NCBI RefSeq assembly: GCF_000189555.1
Contig: NC_017276.1
Strand: one strand, 5' to 3'
DNA: 64,000 nucleotides
Source of the DNA: Saccharolobus islandicus REY15A
GTDB lineage: Archaea; Thermoproteota; Thermoprotei_A; Sulfolobales; Sulfolobaceae
Part shown: in pieces, positions 63,621-64,000 of the stretch
How the letters are laid out: each line of letters starts with the position of its first letter
Position numbering within the stretch: the stretch's first letter is position 1
Made by a program: the position numbers and the translations under genes
Notes under the pieces: model-generated
Seen by the model: the letters and a program-made list of their open reading frames with translations, nothing else
Told to the model about the DNA's origin: nothing
Databases searched by the model: none

Positions 63621-64000
63621 TTGAATCGAATTGCCATAATAGGCATAGGTTGGTTCGGCTTTAGGTCTACAACTCCAGAAGTCTCATTTAGAGAGATGGT
63701 TTTCGAGGCTGCGTCTAGGGCATATAAGGATGCGGGAAATATAAATCCTAGAAATAATGTGGACTCTTTTATATCCTGCCAAGAGGACTTCTGGGAGGGA
63801 ATATCGATAGCTGACGAATTCGCGCCAGACCAAATGGGAGGAGCAATGAGGCCAACCATGACTGTAGCTGGAGACGCGCTTCAAGGATTAGCTCACGCTG
63901 TAATGCATATTAATTCCGGTGTAGCTAACGTAGTGTCAATTGAAGCCCATTCTAAGGTAAGCGACATACTAACGTTTAGTGACTTAGTGAAATTCGCAAT
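63621..64000 (+). CDS. Thiolase-domain protein, 5' part (runs off window)
   Basis: Manual translation from TTG: NRIAIIGIGWFGF..SFREMVFEAASRAYKDAG..DEFAPDQMGG..TVAGDALQGLAHA; not in the ORF track. Confidence 0.8.
   Translation, partial: MNRIAIIGIGWFGFRSTTPEVSFREMVFEAASRAYKDAGNINPRNNVDSFISCQEDFWEGISIADEFAPDQMGGAMRPTMTVAGDALQGLAHAVMHINSGVANVVSIEAHSKVSDILTFSDLVKFA

Overview
AT-rich archaeal chromosomal window, almost certainly Sulfolobales (Saccharolobus/Sulfolobus islandicus-like). The assignment rests on a Sul7d chromatin gene, a zinc-containing ferredoxin, thermopsins, a TFS4-type factor and Sulfolobus-type IS ends; it comes from recognition, not a database search. The window is accessory and metabolic: transporters (APC, MFS, NCS1, ECF), acyl-CoA enzymes, glutamate dehydrogenase and a 4-hydroxyphenylacetate (hpa) catabolic cluster, interleaved with mobile DNA. 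Mobile DNA comprises two near-identical 1320-bp tnpB-only IS605-family copies, one 1729-bp tnpA+tnpB element, a 321-bp IS605-derived MITE split by a 1207-bp ISH3-family element, and several decayed IS remnants. No rRNA, tRNA or CRISPR array was seen. Highlights: (1) a position-conserved palindromic box 36-37 nt upstream of three hpa-cluster genes, next to an HTH-10 regulator; (2) a deletion scar joining the 3' ends of a paaA-like gene and paaX back to back, leaving an enoyl-CoA hydratase and a U32 Fe-S protein without their operon head; (3) a ferredoxin / hemerythrin / NnrS-like / YwiC-like / TusA block with two CCTAA-N4-TTAGG palindromes; (4) a single-base guide-to-target covariation across four IS605 left ends; (5) a MITE that looks like left end + omegaRNA scaffold + right end; (6) Doc, VapBC and TFS4 growth-arrest genes within 7 kb.
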